Below, piece after piece: positions 24,993 through 25,562 of a DNA stretch of 25,562 nucleotides; positions within the stretch are counted from its first letter, which is position 1, and each line of letters begins with the position of its first letter. Under the pieces are notes generated by a model that did no database searches, had not been told where the DNA came from, and saw nothing but the letters and a program-made list of their open reading frames with translations. Source of the DNA: Terriglobia bacterium (GTDB taxonomy: Bacteria; Acidobacteriota; Terriglobia; Acidiferrales; UBA7541); assembly GCA_041492805.1 (NCBI GenBank), contig JBGPXQ010000001.1:1-25562 (forward strand), read 5' to 3'. The translations under genes and the position numbers were made by a program.

Positions 24993-25238
24993 GTGGTCCG
25001 TTGTCCCAAATGCGCTACTGAAATCGACGTCGACGAAGATGAAGTAGAGGAAGGCGAAATCCTGGCCTGTCTCGAGTGCGAAACCGAGATGGAAGTTGTC
25101 CAGATCCATCCCGTCAAGGTCAATGCCATCTCGGACGACGATGATGAGGAAGACGAGGACGAGGAGTCTGAAGATGGCGACGAATTTGGAGAGGACGACG
25201 ACGAAGAAGAAGAGGAAGAAGACAAAGAGGGCATTTAG
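24993..25238 (+). CDS. LysW-like zinc-ribbon protein with an extended acidic tail
   Basis: CPKC...GEILACLECETEMEVV; 40 of 81 residues are Asp/Glu. AAGGAGG RBS at 24978-24984; TATAAT at 24940. Confidence 0.75.
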   Translation: MVRCPKCATEIDVDEDEVEEGEILACLECETEMEVVQIHPVKVNAISDDDDEEDEDEESEDGDEFGEDDDEEEEEEDKEGI

Positions 25239-25299
25239 CCTGCCCCTCGGATTCTTTCGGCATCCCCTCCCTCCTTTTGATCATCCTAATAGTAGACGA

Positions 25300-25562
25300 A
25301 TGTTGCCCTTCGCGATGCTGATGCTGGTCATGGCGCCGGGTGTGATCTCGGTTTCCGCTGCAGCCGCCGGCGATCAGAAACAGACCGACTCACATGCGCA
25401 CGACTTCGTCATATTCGCCAGCGTTTTCACTGTTCAAGGCTTCGCTTTGTCTGGCGCGAAGGTCCGCATCCGGCGGGCGGACGAACAGAAATTCCGCTGG
25501 GAAGCCATGTCCGATAGACGTGGTGAGCTGGGAGCAAGGGTCAAACAGGGCGCTGAGTACGA
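25300..25562 (+). CDS. Secreted carboxypeptidase-regulatory-like domain protein, 3'-truncated
   Basis: My translation: MLPFAMLMLVMAPGVISVSAAAAGDQKQTDSHAHDFVIFASVFTVQGFALSGAKVRIRRADEQKFRWEAMSDRRGELGARVKQGAEY, open to the window end. Signal peptide plus the G..L.GAKV.I....SD..GE pattern. Confidence 0.65.
   Translation, partial: MLPFAMLMLVMAPGVISVSAAAAGDQKQTDSHAHDFVIFASVFTVQGFALSGAKVRIRRADEQKFRWEAMSDRRGELGARVKQGAEY

Noticed and set aside
24902-25234. Poly-Ser N-terminal extension of the Nudix ORF (268 aa as called)
   Set aside because: Antisense shadow of the GAA/GAC-rich acidic gene. Nudix homology begins at ATG 24901.
1-25562. CRISPR arrays, tRNA/rRNA genes, transposases, integrases, prophage genes
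   Set aside because: No regularly spaced repeats, cloverleaf or rRNA signatures, or recombinase motifs were found by eye.

Overview
GC-rich (roughly 60-65% by spot counts) bacterial chromosomal window. Gene content and style suggest Acidobacteriota; this is inference, no search was run. Left to right: 5'-truncated enoyl-CoA hydratase; DUF4864-like membrane protein; a vitamin B12 uptake/salvage locus (btuF-btuC-btuD-btuB plus a DUF71/Dph6-like PP-loop ATPase) carrying two architecturally different cobalamin riboswitches, one terminator-type and one RBS-sequestering; stand-alone gatB; bcp peroxiredoxin; an orphan VirB10/TrbI-like secreted protein; panB-dinB-panC; a small Cys/His hypothetical; a convergent hemerythrin / ThiF-MoeB-family pair; a tamA-like / SurA-N / tamB outer-membrane assembly operon; a low-GC solitary SRA-like-HNH nuclease; pcm; a REP-like doublet; a Nudix hydrolase; a LysW-like zinc ribbon with a very acidic tail; and a 3'-truncated secreted protein. 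The most unexpected signal is an unannotated sequence/structure element (GCAACAAT-N4-TGGCGGGCTCC-variable loop-GAGCCCGCACCCG, 33 of 36 aligned positions identical). It occurs in the 5' leaders of both the hemerythrin gene and the ThiF/MoeB gene, so it also brackets that two-gene block as an inverted repeat. No rRNA, tRNA, CRISPR array, transposase or integrase was seen.
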